Shown: positions 17,994 to 27,611 of the stretch, in pieces
Position numbering within the stretch: the first letter of the stretch is position 1
Layout: each line of letters begins with the position of its first letter
Assembly (NCBI GenBank): GCA_964410165.1
Contig: CAYPFT010000002.1
Span: 367-64,366 of the forward strand
From: an uncultured Candidatus Saccharibacteria bacterium
GTDB lineage: Bacteria > Patescibacteriota > Minisyncoccia > Phycocordibacterales > CAIJYI01
DNA: 64,000 bases
Reading direction: 5' to 3'
Notes under the pieces: model-generated
Seen by the model: only the letters and a program-made list of their open reading frames with translations
The model's database searches: none
What the model was told of the DNA's origin: nothing
Program-made: the position numbers and the translations under genes

Positions 17994-20492
17994 ATGACCA
18001 AACTCGTACTTAAGGTAAAAGGCATGCACTGCGCGTCGTGCTCCATCTTGATCGACAAACTGCTCGGAAGTCAGCCGGGGGTGGTGTCAATAAAGACGAG
18101 CTACGGCGCGGAGAAGACGGCGGTTGAGTTTGATGAGTCGAAGATAACTCTTGAGAAAATGGACGAGTTCGTACACAAGCTCGGCTACGACATTATCCGT
18201 CCCGACGAAGAAGGCGCAAGCATTGAAGACCAAGAAAAGAAAGAAGCGCTTATAATCAAACAAGCGAAGCGGCGCGTCATTGCGGCGTTTATTATTGCGG
18301 CGCCTATCATAATTTACTACATGGTTATTCACATGTTTAACGTAACGCATGTGCATGAGCTTTTTGACTTTTTGAATTTGAAACAGCCGGTGGCGGGGGT
18401 CGCATCTGCCGGGTCATACGCGGTGCAGTATATGTTTTGGATGATTGCGAGCGCACTCAAGGCGTTTGTCGGGCTTTTTGTAGACGTAGCGAATCCGCCT
18501 TTCAAAATTGACCTCAATTATATTTACTGGATTCTTTCCACGCCCATACAGTTCGTCATCGGTTGGCCGTTTTACCGCAATGCATTTACCGCTATCCGCG
18601 TCGGCGTGGCGAACATGGATGTACTCGTCGTACTCGGCACTTCCGCCGCGTATTTTTACAGCGCAATCGGTTTTCTTTTTTTCAACATTGACCACCCGTT
18701 TTGGGAAAGTTCCGCCGCGCTTCTCTGCTTCATTCTTCTCGGGCGCTATATTGAAGTACTCGCTCGCGGTCGTGCCTCAAATGCCATTAAGGAACTTTTG
18801 AAACTGGAAGCGAAAGAAGCGCATGTGGTTCGTGATGGGCAGGAAGTTACCGTGCCGATAGATAAAATTCTTCTCGGGGATGTCGTCATTGTAAAGCCGG
18901 GTGAAAAAATACCCGTTGACGGCGTGATTGTTGAAGGAAAATCGCATATTGACGAGAAAGTGGTTACGGGGGAATCGTTTCCGGTAGGAAAGGGTGTCGG
19001 CGAAGAAGTTATCGGCGCGACGGTCAATCAGGAAGGCTTGATAAAATTCCGTGCGACGAAAGTCGGGAAAGACACGCTTTTGTATCAAATCATCAAAATG
19101 GTGGAAGAGGCGCAGGCGACGCGCGCGCCAATTCAAGACTTAGTGGACAAAATCAGTGAGTACTTCGTGCCTGCGGTTGTTTTGCTTTCCATGATGACGT
19201 TCGTCGGGTGGTATTTCTTCACCGGCATTGATTCATTCCGTTCGGCTTTGATGAAAATGATCGCGGTGCTCGTCATCTCCTGTCCGTGCGCCATGGGGCT
19301 TGCGACGCCGACCGCGCTTGTGGTGGGTATCGGCCGCGCCGCGAAGTTCGGCATTATTTTGAAAGGCGGAGAAGCGCTGGAAAAGGCCTATCGCGTTACA
19401 ACTTTCGTTTTCGATAAAACCGGCACGCTTACCATCGGCAAGCCCACCGTCACGGATGTGGTATTTCTTTCCGACTGGCATGACCGCGATAAAATTATTC
19501 ATCTTGCCGCCTCCATTGAACAAGGCTCTGAACATCCTCTTGCCCGCGCGGTGGTGGAAGAAGGGAAGAAACTCGGGCACCTCGGAGAATTGCGCGATTT
19601 TGAAGCCGTAGCCGGAATGGGGATTCATGGATGGACGGGCGCGCATGATGAGATTTATATCGGCAACGAGGCGTATATGGCAAAACTCGGTATTGATATA
19701 GCGGCGCATAAGCCGGCACTTGAAAAACTGCAAGGAGAAGCGAAGACCGCCGTGTTTATGTGTACCGCCAAAACCCCCGTGGCGCTTATCGCGATGGCGG
19801 ATACCTTGAAGCCGTTTGCGCTTGAGGCGATAGCTGAGCTCAAAAAAATGGGGAAAGAGATCGTGATGATTACCGGCGACAATCAAAAGACCGCGGAAGC
19901 AATCGCAAAGCAGGTCGGCATTGACCGCGTGATGGCACAGGTGCTTCCGCAAGATAAAGCAGAACAGGTGAAGAAACTCCAAACAGAAGGAAAGAATGTG
20001 GCGATGGTGGGCGACGGTATCAATGATTCTCCGGCGCTTGCGCAGGCAAATCTCGGCATTGCCGTTGGAAGCGGTACGGACGTTGCCATTGAGACAGGAG
20101 AGATCATCCTTGTGAAAGACGATCTTCGCGACGTAGTTACCGCGATCCAGCTTTCTCAAAGAACGATGCGAAAAATTTGGCAGAATCTTTTTTGGGCATT
20201 CTTCTACAACGTCATCGCCATTCCGGTCGCCGCCGGCGCGCATCTCCTCGTTACCCAGACCACGTTCGGCATTGCGGCAGGATGGACACTCGCCATGAAA
20301 GAGAGCATGGGCTGGTTCGGAAACGTCCTCTTCTCCCTCTCACAAACCACCCTCCGCCCGGAGATTGCCGGATTCGCGATGGCGTTCTCGTCCGTTTCGG
20401 TTGTGGCGAACTCGCTCTTGCTGCGCCGCTACGTCCCCACCATGGAGCGGGAGAGTGTAAGGGAGGTTGAAAGTGCCGACCAAAAAACTTGA
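17994..20492 (+). CDS. copA: Copper-translocating P1B-type ATPase CopA
   Basis: N-terminal heavy-metal-associated domain GMHCASC, transmembrane CPC motif ([12 protein letters not shown]), DKTGTLT phosphorylation site, [10 protein letters not shown] hinge. Confidence 0.9.
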   Translation: MTKLVLKVKGMHCASCSILIDKLLGSQPGVVSIKTSYGAEKTAVEFDESKITLEKMDEFVHKLGYDIIRPDEEGASIEDQEKKEALIIKQAKRRVIAAFIIAAPIIIYYMVIHMFNVTHVHELFDFLNLKQPVAGVASAGSYAVQYMFWMIASALKAFVGLFVDVANPPFKIDLNYIYWILSTPIQFVIGWPFYRNAFTAIRVGVANMDVLVVLGTSAAYFYSAIGFLFFNIDHPFWESSAALLCFILLGRYIEVLARGRASNAIKELLKLEAKEAHVVRDGQEVTVPIDKILLGDVVIVKPGEKIPVDGVIVEGKSHIDEKVVTGESFPVGKGVGEEVIGATVNQEGLIKFRATKVGKDTLLYQIIKMVEEAQATRAPIQDLVDKISEYFVPAVVLLSMMTFVGWYFFTGIDSFRSALMKMIAVLVISCPCAMGLATPTALVVGIGRAAKFGIILKGGEALEKAYRVTTFVFDKTGTLTIGKPTVTDVVFLSDWHDRDKIIHLAASIEQGSEHPLARAVVEEGKKLGHLGELRDFEAVAGMGIHGWTGAHDEIYIGNEAYMAKLGIDIAAHKPALEKLQGEAKTAVFMCTAKTPVALIAMADTLKPFALEAIAELKKMGKEIVMITGDNQKTAEAIAKQVGIDRVMAQVLPQDKAEQVKKLQTEGKNVAMVGDGINDSPALAQANLGIAVGSGTDVAIETGEIILVKDDLRDVVTAIQLSQRTMRKIWQNLFWAFFYNVIAIPVAAGAHLLVTQTTFGIAAGWTLAMKESMGWFGNVLFSLSQTTLRPEIAGFAMAFSSVSVVANSLLLRRYVPTMERESVREVESADQKT

Positions 20493-20860
20493 CAAACGCA
20501 TATTAATAATGATAAACTCTAACTTAGAGACCCAGCTATTAGGGTTAAAAAACAACATATCCCAAATTCCAAATAGGGGGCAGGCCATGAATAGAAAATT
20601 AGTAAGGGTAAACAGAAAAAAACGCAGGTTTTTGCAGAATATTGGCAACAACATAGTCGATGGACTAAAAATCGCCGAAGATCGGAACAGTATCATCAGT
20701 ATCCGGTTCCAAGATTGCGCTATCATGTTTATCCCCGGCTTTCGAGGTTAAAATACCGAAAGCTCAAAATAAGGCTCTGTGCAGACATGTTCTGCGCGGA
20801 GTCTTTTTTATATCACCATATACCATTTGACAGAACATACCCATTGTATATACTTTAGTT

Positions 20861-21133
20861 ATGAAAACGCTCGTGGCTATAAAAGTTGATAAAGATGTAA
20901 AGGAATCGGCGCAAGAGGCGGCGAGGGAGATTGGTATTCCTCTTTCTACCATCGTGAACGCTTATTTGAAGCAATTCGGGCGCGAGAGACAGGTGCGGTT
21001 TGTTGTCGGTGAGAAGATGACGCCGAAGCTTGAAAAACGGCTCGGCATGATTGATGCGGACATCAAGAAAGGCAAAAATCTTTCCCCGGCGTTCTCCTCC
21101 ATGAAAGAGGCTATCAGCTACCTCCACTCCTGA
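20861..21133 (+). CDS. dinJ: DinJ/RelB-family antitoxin
   Basis: 90 aa with a ribbon-helix-helix-like N-terminus (IKVDKDVKESAQEAAREIGIPLSTIVNAYLKQF), typical of DinJ. It is followed 5 bp later by a YafQ/RelE-like gene. Confidence 0.65.
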   Translation: MKTLVAIKVDKDVKESAQEAAREIGIPLSTIVNAYLKQFGRERQVRFVVGEKMTPKLEKRLGMIDADIKKGKNLSPAFSSMKEAISYLHS

Positions 21134-21137
21134 TTGT

Positions 21138-21395
21138 ATGGATATTCATTTCCATCAAAAATTTAAAAAGAAATACAAGAAGTTTCAAAAAACTTTACAG
21201 GAGAAAGTGGATGAGCGACTGTTTTTGTTTGAAAGCGATTCGTTTCACCCGCTCCTCAATAACCACCCGCTTCATGGAAAGTACGATGGCTATCAAAGCA
21301 TCAACATTACCGGCGACATCCGCGCGATTTACAAGCAAAAAGGCGACACAATTATTTTTGCTGATATCGGGACGCACAGCGAATTGTACGGGTAG
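21138..21395 (+). CDS. yafQ: YafQ/RelE-family mRNA interferase toxin
   Basis: 85 aa; ...LNNHPLHGKYDGYQSINITGDIRAIYKQKGDTIIFADIGTHSELYG matches the YafQ C-terminal pattern (H-L-G...H...D-R-IY...GTHS-L). Confidence 0.65.
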   Translation: MDIHFHQKFKKKYKKFQKTLQEKVDERLFLFESDSFHPLLNNHPLHGKYDGYQSINITGDIRAIYKQKGDTIIFADIGTHSELYG

Positions 21396-21435
21396 CGCAG
21401 GGCTTTTTGCTGTTATTTTTTTCGGTTAAAACAAC

Positions 21436-22512
21436 ATGAACACCCCCGATGACATTTTACAGCTTCTTAAAAAGTACAACCAAGTGGTTGAGCGGGAGAT
21501 TGATGCCTTTTTGAAGCGCAGAAAAGGAAGCACTGCCGACATGTATGGCATGATGCGCTACTTCATGGGTTTTACGGACGAGAAATTTACTGGGCCGAAA
21601 GTGTACGGCGGAAAGCGATTTCGGTCGGGACTTTGTCTTTTGATTGCCGATTTGTACGGCACCGATAAAGAGACAAAGAAAGGAAAAGAAGTGGCGCAAA
21701 AAGGCGCGGCATCTCTTGAGCTCTTCCACAATTTCTCGCTTATTCACGACGATATTGTCGACAAAGATCCGCTTCGGCGCGGGCGTCCAACGGTGTGGAA
21801 AGTGTGGGGGGTTGATTACGCCATCAATACCGGCGATGCCGAGCTCATGCTCTCGCAAACGAAAGCGCTTGAAGCGTGCGAGATTGATTTGAAAAGAGGC
21901 GTTGAAATGAGCCGATTTTTGCTTGAAAAATATCTTGAGGTAATTGAGGGGCAGCATTTGGATTTTTTCTTGACCGCTTTGAAAATAGGGGACGCGCGCG
22001 TGAATGAAAAGAGCCACTATGAAATGATAGGTAAAAAGACCGCCGTCTTGATTGCGGCGGCCGCGCAAACCGCGGGGATTGCCTGCGGAAAAAACGAAAA
22101 AGAACAGGCGCTTTTATGGAAGTTCGGCTACTCTCTTGGCATGGCGTATCAACTAAACGACGACATCGTTTCCATTTGGGGCGCGCCGGAGATTACCGGA
22201 AAGATTTCTTTCAACGACTTGCGCGAGAAAAAGAAAACCCTTCCCGTTATCCGCGCCTTCGCCAAGATTTCCGAAAAAGAGAGGCAAGAATTTGCGGGCG
22301 TATACAATAAAAAAGAATCGCTCAACGAAGAAGACCTCAAGAAAATTCTCGCATACTTGGAATCAACCGGTGCACATGAGCATGCGCGCAAGCAAGTTTT
22401 GTCCCATTTGAAACGTGCAGAGAATGCCATCGCAGAACTTTCTGTTTCAAAAGAGGGGAGAGATATGTTATTGAGCCTCAGTAAAATGCTCTTGGTGGAG
22501 GTGAAAAAATAA
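21436..22512 (+). CDS. Polyprenyl diphosphate synthase (trans-isoprenyl diphosphate synthase family)
   Basis: First Asp-rich motif LIHDDIVD and second DDxxD (LNDDIVSIWG). Confidence 0.75.
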   Translation: MNTPDDILQLLKKYNQVVEREIDAFLKRRKGSTADMYGMMRYFMGFTDEKFTGPKVYGGKRFRSGLCLLIADLYGTDKETKKGKEVAQKGAASLELFHNFSLIHDDIVDKDPLRRGRPTVWKVWGVDYAINTGDAELMLSQTKALEACEIDLKRGVEMSRFLLEKYLEVIEGQHLDFFLTALKIGDARVNEKSHYEMIGKKTAVLIAAAAQTAGIACGKNEKEQALLWKFGYSLGMAYQLNDDIVSIWGAPEITGKISFNDLREKKKTLPVIRAFAKISEKERQEFAGVYNKKESLNEEDLKKILAYLESTGAHEHARKQVLSHLKRAENAIAELSVSKEGRDMLLSLSKMLLVEVKK

Positions 22513-22561
22513 TCAGATGAGGTATAATGAAAGAATTATATAATCAAGTCGTATAAATTTT

Positions 22562-22768
22562 ATGCAAAAAATCACATTACATATCGAAGGCATGCACTGC
22601 GGTTCGTGCGCCACAGGCATTCAAATGCTGACATCAACCATGGATGGGGTAAAATCTTCGTTTATTGATTATGATAAAAAAGAAGGAGTGGTTGAGTTTG
22701 ATGAGGCGAAGGTAACCAAGGAGGCGATTGTGAAAGCTATCGCCGAGCTTGGGTACACGGCTTCATAG
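22562..22768 (+). CDS. copZ: Heavy-metal-associated domain copper chaperone CopZ
   Basis: 68 aa with GMHCGSC metal-binding motif. Confidence 0.8.
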   Translation: MQKITLHIEGMHCGSCATGIQMLTSTMDGVKSSFIDYDKKEGVVEFDEAKVTKEAIVKAIAELGYTAS

Positions 22769-22770
22769 TA

Positions 22771-22920
22771 AATCCTCACACCCCAAAAATATCTTTACTG
22801 TACAGAGCGATATTACACACGAACCCCCTCTCAATCTCCCCCTTTGAAAAGGGGGAGAGGACGCCGGACGTCGTGCCTCCTCCCTCTCTTTAGAGGGGAG
22901 GACTGAGGTGGGGTGTGAGG
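22771..22920. repeat. Nested palindromic C/G-tract element immediately downstream of copZ
   Basis: Outer inverted repeat TCCTCACACCCCA ... TGGGGTGTGAGGA. Inner hairpins TCTCCCCC-TTTGAAAA-GGGGGAGA and CCTCCCTCTC-TTTA-GAGGGGAGG. Confidence 0.5.
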
Positions 22921-23013
22921 AGGTACGCTTCATAGACTTTTCACTTTCGAGACTTTATGTTATGGTAAATAGTAGCAATAGTTCATTAATTTTGGAGCAG
23001 AAGAGGGGGTATT

Positions 23014-23196
23014 ATGCGGGGGTTTTTAGAAGAAGCAATATATGAAGACCGTACTGTTCGGCAGTATGTTCGCTATGCGTTAAGCATGTTTGTGGCCGAA
23101 ATTATGGAAGGGTATCAAGATTATCGGCAATATCCCGAACCGCAGTCGCAGAATAAAAATTATCTGATTGGCTGGCAAATGGCGGAAAAAAATTGA
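23014..23196 (+). CDS. Hypothetical small protein
   Basis: 60 aa ORF with a strong RBS (GAAGAGGGGG) 7 bp upstream. No motif. Confidence 0.3.
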   Translation: MRGFLEEAIYEDRTVRQYVRYALSMFVAEIMEGYQDYRQYPEPQSQNKNYLIGWQMAEKN

Positions 23197-23251
23197 AAAG
23201 CGAAAGACATAAAGAAGAATCCCGCTCGGCTTTTGCCGAAGCGGGAGTTTT

Positions 23252-24166
23252 TTACGCCAAAAGTTTTTTTGATTTCATAAAGAAGTACCCGACGGAGGCG
23301 AAGGTGGTAATGGGGGCGAGCCAGTGGGGGACGTGGATACCAAAGGCTCCGGCGAGCATGATGAGGCCAAGGAAAAGAACGGAGTACATGGCGCCGTTTT
23401 TGAGGTAGACGTATTTTTGAACGCGCTCAATGTTGTTTATGGTGAAGTATCGGACGATTAAAGCACCGAAGCCGTTGCCGACGAGAATAAGCGGAATAGC
23501 GAACGTGAAAGCGAACGCACCGAGTACGCCGTCTATGGAAAAGGTCATGTCTATCACTTCCAGATACAAAATTTTGCTTATATCAGATATATTGCCTTTT
23601 CCATGAAGGAGTTTTTCTTCCGACTGCTCCGCCTGTTGTTTGAAGCCGTGGGTAATGAAAAAAGCCGATGACCCGATGATTGCCCCGAATGCCATCATGG
23701 CATTTATTTTGAGCGCGTACCACACGATGACGGAAAGCATGATGGAAATGACGGCGTAAAACCAAAGTCCTTGGCTGTGCAGGTACCTTTCTCCCGGGAA
23801 GCCGTATTTCTTCGGTTCAAGAAACAGCCAGTGAAAAAAGAGGAATATCAAAAAGACCCCGCCGCCCGCCAGAAGTATCGGTGCGGCGGTTTCAAGCGCA
23901 TTCTTTACCGCAACGCTGTCTTGAAAAGTGGCAAGAAAAGTTCCGGATGCGCCGAGCGATGGCGCCGCCGCCCAGAGGATAAGGAAGGGGAGCACGCCGC
24001 GGACGACGAACACCCCGAAAAACAGTCCCCACGTGAGAAACCACTTGCGAGCCTTTTTCCCAACCGTACCGAGCACTTCCGCGTTGATAATGGCATTGTC
24101 AAAACTGCTGATGCCCTCAAACAGCGCAAGTCCGATGATTATTAAAATTGCGGAGAAGATGTCCAT
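23252..24166 (-). CDS. TerC-family integral membrane protein
   Basis: N-terminal GISSFDNAIINAEVL motif and multiple transmembrane helices. Confidence 0.7.
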   Translation of the reverse strand: MDIFSAILIIIGLALFEGISSFDNAIINAEVLGTVGKKARKWFLTWGLFFGVFVVRGVLPFLILWAAAPSLGASGTFLATFQDSVAVKNALETAAPILLAGGGVFLIFLFFHWLFLEPKKYGFPGERYLHSQGLWFYAVISIMLSVIVWYALKINAMMAFGAIIGSSAFFITHGFKQQAEQSEEKLLHGKGNISDISKILYLEVIDMTFSIDGVLGAFAFTFAIPLILVGNGFGALIVRYFTINNIERVQKYVYLKNGAMYSVLFLGLIMLAGAFGIHVPHWLAPITTFASVGYFFMKSKKLLA

Positions 24167-24238
24167 GTTTCAAATTAAAAAGTAAAATTGAAAAAAGAAA
24201 AATGTCCGGCGTGAAATTCATTTTGGCGACACACCCTC

Positions 24239-24646
24239 TTATTGAGAGCGTAACCACTCTTTACACTGTTCGGATACATTGGAGTTGCGGGTAGAAAATA
24301 AATCTTTTTCTGTAACAGTAAATTTTTTGCCGCTATTCAGGGTTACTGTGTAAGTAAACGCGTTAGGGCTTGTTCTGGTGTATGAAGGAGCGTAACGCGG
24401 GCGTTCTTTTAAAATACCATCCGGCGCCCACTGCTCAAAGGTTGCCGGATATTGCTTATTCGTTTCATAATATTTTTGCAGATATATATTTGAGTGGATA
24501 CAGGCAACCTCTTTGATGGCTTCATCGTTCCTGTTTTTGGCGCTATTTACGCCAAAAGATGCCCTGAGTCCTACATAGGCGGCTGCTGATACCGCTAAAA
24601 GAACAGTCGAAGAAAGAAAAATTACGGTTATTTTTAGAGGTTTACT
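24239..24646 (-). CDS. Hypothetical exported/anchored protein
   Basis: N-terminal hydrophobic segment followed by a hydrophilic domain. No motif. Confidence 0.4.
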   Translation of the reverse strand, partial: SKPLKITVIFLSSTVLLAVSAAAYVGLRASFGVNSAKNRNDEAIKEVACIHSNIYLQKYYETNKQYPATFEQWAPDGILKERPRYAPSYTRTSPNAFTYTVTLNSGKKFTVTEKDLFSTRNSNVSEQCKEWLRSQ

Positions 24647-24992
24647 CATATAGAAAAATAATATCAATAATGACTACGATAATTGTGCCGACTATGAGCA
24701 TGTTACGAAAAAGATTTTCAGGATATTTTCGAGCAGCGAGAGAGGCGAGCACCGCTCCTGTCAAGGCAAAGAATGGCGCGATAAAAATAACTGGTACTAA
24801 AAGTGCCATGCTCCCAAGAAAAAGCAGAAAAATCTGGAGAAAGAAATCTTTCAGAGAAGAAGCCGGGCTTAAAACAAGCTCGCCAATTATCACAACAATC
24901 ATGCCTGCGGGTATGGAAAGTATAAATGCCCAAGCGCCCCGAAACCATGAACGATGTCGTACGGGTATTTTTTGTTTCTGTGTAATGTCCAT
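24642..24992 (-). CDS. Hypothetical membrane protein
   Basis: Three predicted transmembrane helices, 116 aa. Confidence 0.4.
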   Translation of the reverse strand: MDITQKQKIPVRHRSWFRGAWAFILSIPAGMIVVIIGELVLSPASSLKDFFLQIFLLFLGSMALLVPVIFIAPFFALTGAVLASLAARKYPENLFRNMLIVGTIIVVIIDIIFLYE

Positions 24993-25050
24993 GGTTTATT
25001 TTGATACCCTTTTTGTACGGGCTAAGATAAAACGGTGAAAAACCAAAGAA

Positions 25051-25437
25051 CTATAAAGGTTTTTTTAGAGCTTCGGCAAGTTTATGAAACATGTCTAGAG
25101 CATGTGGGAGTTCCGCGTAGATTTTTTCGGCAAATGCTTCCCGGTATGTGTGTACGGTATAATTTCTCGTGCTCGTCAATTCTATCCAGTGCTCATCATA
25201 ATCAATTACGCCAACGCGAAACGCTTCACGAAAGCAGGTTCTCGGAGAAGCGCACGTGGCATTGTGGTTTTCTTCAAGATACGCTTTCATCGCTTTCCAC
25301 CCGAGCTCAAAACACAGCTCGAAGCGTTTGATGGCGGAATCGCGGACAACATCATTTTTTGGCAACTCAAGCACTTCATCAAACCGTAATAGGGCTTTCG
25401 TGAAATCTTCGTGTAATGATTGAAATTTGGTAGACAT
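25051..25437 (-). CDS. HEPN-like nucleotidyltransferase substrate-binding protein (HI0074 family)
   Basis: 128 aa helical protein immediately downstream of and 2 bp from an MNT gene, with HI0074-like conservation (ELCFELGWKAMKAYL). Confidence 0.55.
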   Translation of the reverse strand: MSTKFQSLHEDFTKALLRFDEVLELPKNDVVRDSAIKRFELCFELGWKAMKAYLEENHNATCASPRTCFREAFRVGVIDYDEHWIELTSTRNYTVHTYREAFAEKIYAELPHALDMFHKLAEALKKPL

Positions 25438-25439
25438 AA

Positions 25440-25754
25440 TTATCCGGGTTGAAAAATAAATTCACGAGTATGGGCGACTTCTCGAAACTTTTCCGAAACG
25501 GAGGAAAAATCAACAATATCAATTTTATAAAGCGTCGGGATCTCGTCTATTTCCTCAAGAATATCATCAATGACTCTTTGCGACACGGGATTTTGGCCTT
25601 CAATGCCGACATCAATATCGGAACGGTCCGTTCCACGCCCTTCTACGCGAGAACCGAAAAAAAACACCGAATAAGCATTCATGTTGATATGTCTGCCGAT
25701 AATGCCAAGAATCTCTTTCTTCAGTTTTTCAACACCATAATGCTCAAGTTTCAT
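25440..25754 (-). CDS. Minimal nucleotidyltransferase (HI0073 family) of an MNT/HEPN pair
   Basis: FFGSRVEGRGTDRSDIDVGIE is the GSx10DxD motif. Confidence 0.7.
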   Translation of the reverse strand: MKLEHYGVEKLKKEILGIIGRHINMNAYSVFFFGSRVEGRGTDRSDIDVGIEGQNPVSQRVIDDILEEIDEIPTLYKIDIVDFSSVSEKFREVAHTREFIFQPG

Positions 25755-25792
25755 GAGTGTATGTTACCACAAAAACGACGAAAAACAAATTT

Positions 25793-27145
25793 TTATTCTC
25801 GAATGAGCGCCAGCACTTCGCCCCGCTTCTCCGCCATCATGACCTCTGTTTTCGCTTCAAGATTGAGCCTCAAGAGCGGTTCGGTGTTTGAGGAGCGGAC
25901 GTTGAACCACCAGTCGGGATAGGAGATTTTTATACCGTCGAGTTCGGTGAGGGCACCGTCTTTGTATTTTTCTTTAAGTTTTGCAACGATAGCGGGCGCA
26001 TCTTGTACGGTGCTGTTGATTTCTCCGGAGTGGAAATATTTTTTCACTTCCGCGACGAGTTCGGAGAGTTTTTTGCCGGTTTTTGCCATGGCGTTCAAGA
26101 GGAAGATGGCCGCAAGAGTGCTTGCTTCGGCGTAGGAATTTTCACGGAAGTAGTAATGTCCGGAAAGTTCCCCCGCAAAGGCGGCGTCTTCCTCGCGCAT
26201 TTGTTTTTTGATGTTTGCATGCCCCACCATGCACTCAAGCGCCTTTCCGCCAAGGCTCTCGATAGTTTCTTTGACGCTCAGAGAAGAACGCAGGTCGTAG
26301 AGGATCGTTCCTTCCGGATAGCGCTCAAGCACGGGGCGGGCGAGTATCGCGGTCATAAGATCCATCGGAATAATCGCGCCCGTTTCGTCCACGAAGCCGA
26401 TGCGATCCGCGTCGCCGTCGTAGGCGATGCCGAGATGCGCGCCGGTTTCCACCACCTTCTTGCGAAGTTCATCAAGCGTTTCCGTTTTGAGCGGATTCGC
26501 TTCGTGTGCTTGAAACGGATGCGCGAGGTCGTCGTAGAGAGTAACAAGTTCGATATTTTGTGGAAGGGCTTTGTAGAACGGCAATTCCAACACACCCATG
26601 GCGTTCGCGGTATCAACAATAATTTTGTATTTTGTATCTCCGAGTTTCCAAAATTGAGAAAAATGCTTCATGTATCGGTCGGTGAGAGCAAGGGGGATTA
26701 CGTTTCCGGTGAGGAGCAGTTTTTTGAAATCGCCTTTCATAGCGCGTTCTTTGATTTCATTCATGCCGGAATTTCCGCCGATCGGCACCGCATCTTTCAC
26801 GGTGAGTTTGAATCCGTTGTATTCCGGCGGGTTATGCGAAGCGGTGAGCGAAACGCTTGCGTCAACGCCGGACTGGCGGGACGCGAAATACACCATTGGC
26901 GTCGTTGCGAGCCCGAGGTCAAGGACATTACTGCCGCCCTCCGTGATCCCTTTTGCAAGCGCGGCAAACAGCGCGGGAGACGATTCTCTGGCGTCGCGCC
27001 CGACGGCGATGTTGTCCGCATTCACATATGAAACAAGAGCCCGACCGATGGCGTAGGCTGTTTTTTCGTCGATTTCGGAGGGGTAGATTCCGCGAATATC
27101 GTATGACTTGAAAATATTTGCATTCACCCACTTATCATCGCACAC
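25793..27145 (-). CDS. Phosphoglucomutase/phosphomannomutase (alpha-D-phosphohexomutase)
   Basis: Active-site TASHNPPEYNG, metal-binding DGDADR, sugar-binding GELSGHYYF. Confidence 0.85.
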   Translation of the reverse strand: MCDDKWVNANIFKSYDIRGIYPSEIDEKTAYAIGRALVSYVNADNIAVGRDARESSPALFAALAKGITEGGSNVLDLGLATTPMVYFASRQSGVDASVSLTASHNPPEYNGFKLTVKDAVPIGGNSGMNEIKERAMKGDFKKLLLTGNVIPLALTDRYMKHFSQFWKLGDTKYKIIVDTANAMGVLELPFYKALPQNIELVTLYDDLAHPFQAHEANPLKTETLDELRKKVVETGAHLGIAYDGDADRIGFVDETGAIIPMDLMTAILARPVLERYPEGTILYDLRSSLSVKETIESLGGKALECMVGHANIKKQMREEDAAFAGELSGHYYFRENSYAEASTLAAIFLLNAMAKTGKKLSELVAEVKKYFHSGEINSTVQDAPAIVAKLKEKYKDGALTELDGIKISYPDWWFNVRSSNTEPLLRLNLEAKTEVMMAEKRGEVLALIRE

Positions 27146-27216
27146 TTTCTCCTTCCCGAAAATACTTGACAGATATGTTTGTATGGTATATAAAAGACCT
27201 GTATCCGTTGTACCTT

Positions 27217-27495
27217 ATGCCCAAACAAGGGCGGGAGTTTTTTGTGGGAAAAATTTTATTGTTCATAGTCATCATCGCCGCCGGCGGTTGTCATGATGAA
27301 AAGAAAAATGTGTTCGTGGCGGAGGAAGCGTATACCAATAGCGCTACCACTTCCGCTGGCGATGAGTGCGATGCGGGTGTCGGCTATAAAGCCACACCGA
27401 CTGGTCAAAAAACAAAGGACGGTAAAACCATATACCGTCTGGATAAAATCGGAAAGCATGCGACATGTCCGAAAGGGCTTCTCGTCTCGAAATAA
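27217..27495 (+). CDS. Putative small lipoprotein
   Basis: MPKQGREFFVGKILLFIVIIAAGGC: hydrophobic signal followed by a Cys (lipobox-like AGGC). Confidence 0.4.
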   Translation: MPKQGREFFVGKILLFIVIIAAGGCHDEKKNVFVAEEAYTNSATTSAGDECDAGVGYKATPTGQKTKDGKTIYRLDKIGKHATCPKGLLVSK

Positions 27496-27513
27496 AAGAA
27501 CCATATTGCGTTG

Positions 27514-27544
27514 CGCCCCCGGCAGTTTTGCTTGGGGGTTTTTG
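27514..27544 (+). terminator. Rho-independent terminator
   Basis: GCCCCC-GGCAGTTTTGCTT-GGGGG followed by TTTTTG. Confidence 0.45.
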
Positions 27545-27611
27545 TCGGACACGGTCGCGGAATGCTTAAACACTTGATTATTTATCTATATACCTGTTAT
27601 TCTTAAACAAT

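Noticed and set aside
19233-20243. 336-aa minus-strand ORF inside copA (and similar long antisense ORFs at 13084-14442, 26003-27031, 35384-36103, 53559-54260, 57096-57699)
   Set aside because: All lie antisense to well-supported genes with strong motifs and have Arg/His-rich low-complexity translations. They are artefacts of GC-rich third codon positions.
22771-22920. CsoR operator assignment for the copZ-downstream palindrome
   Set aside because: Not rejected outright but not annotated as such. No CsoR/CopY/CueR gene is in the window, and the element follows rather than precedes the copper genes.
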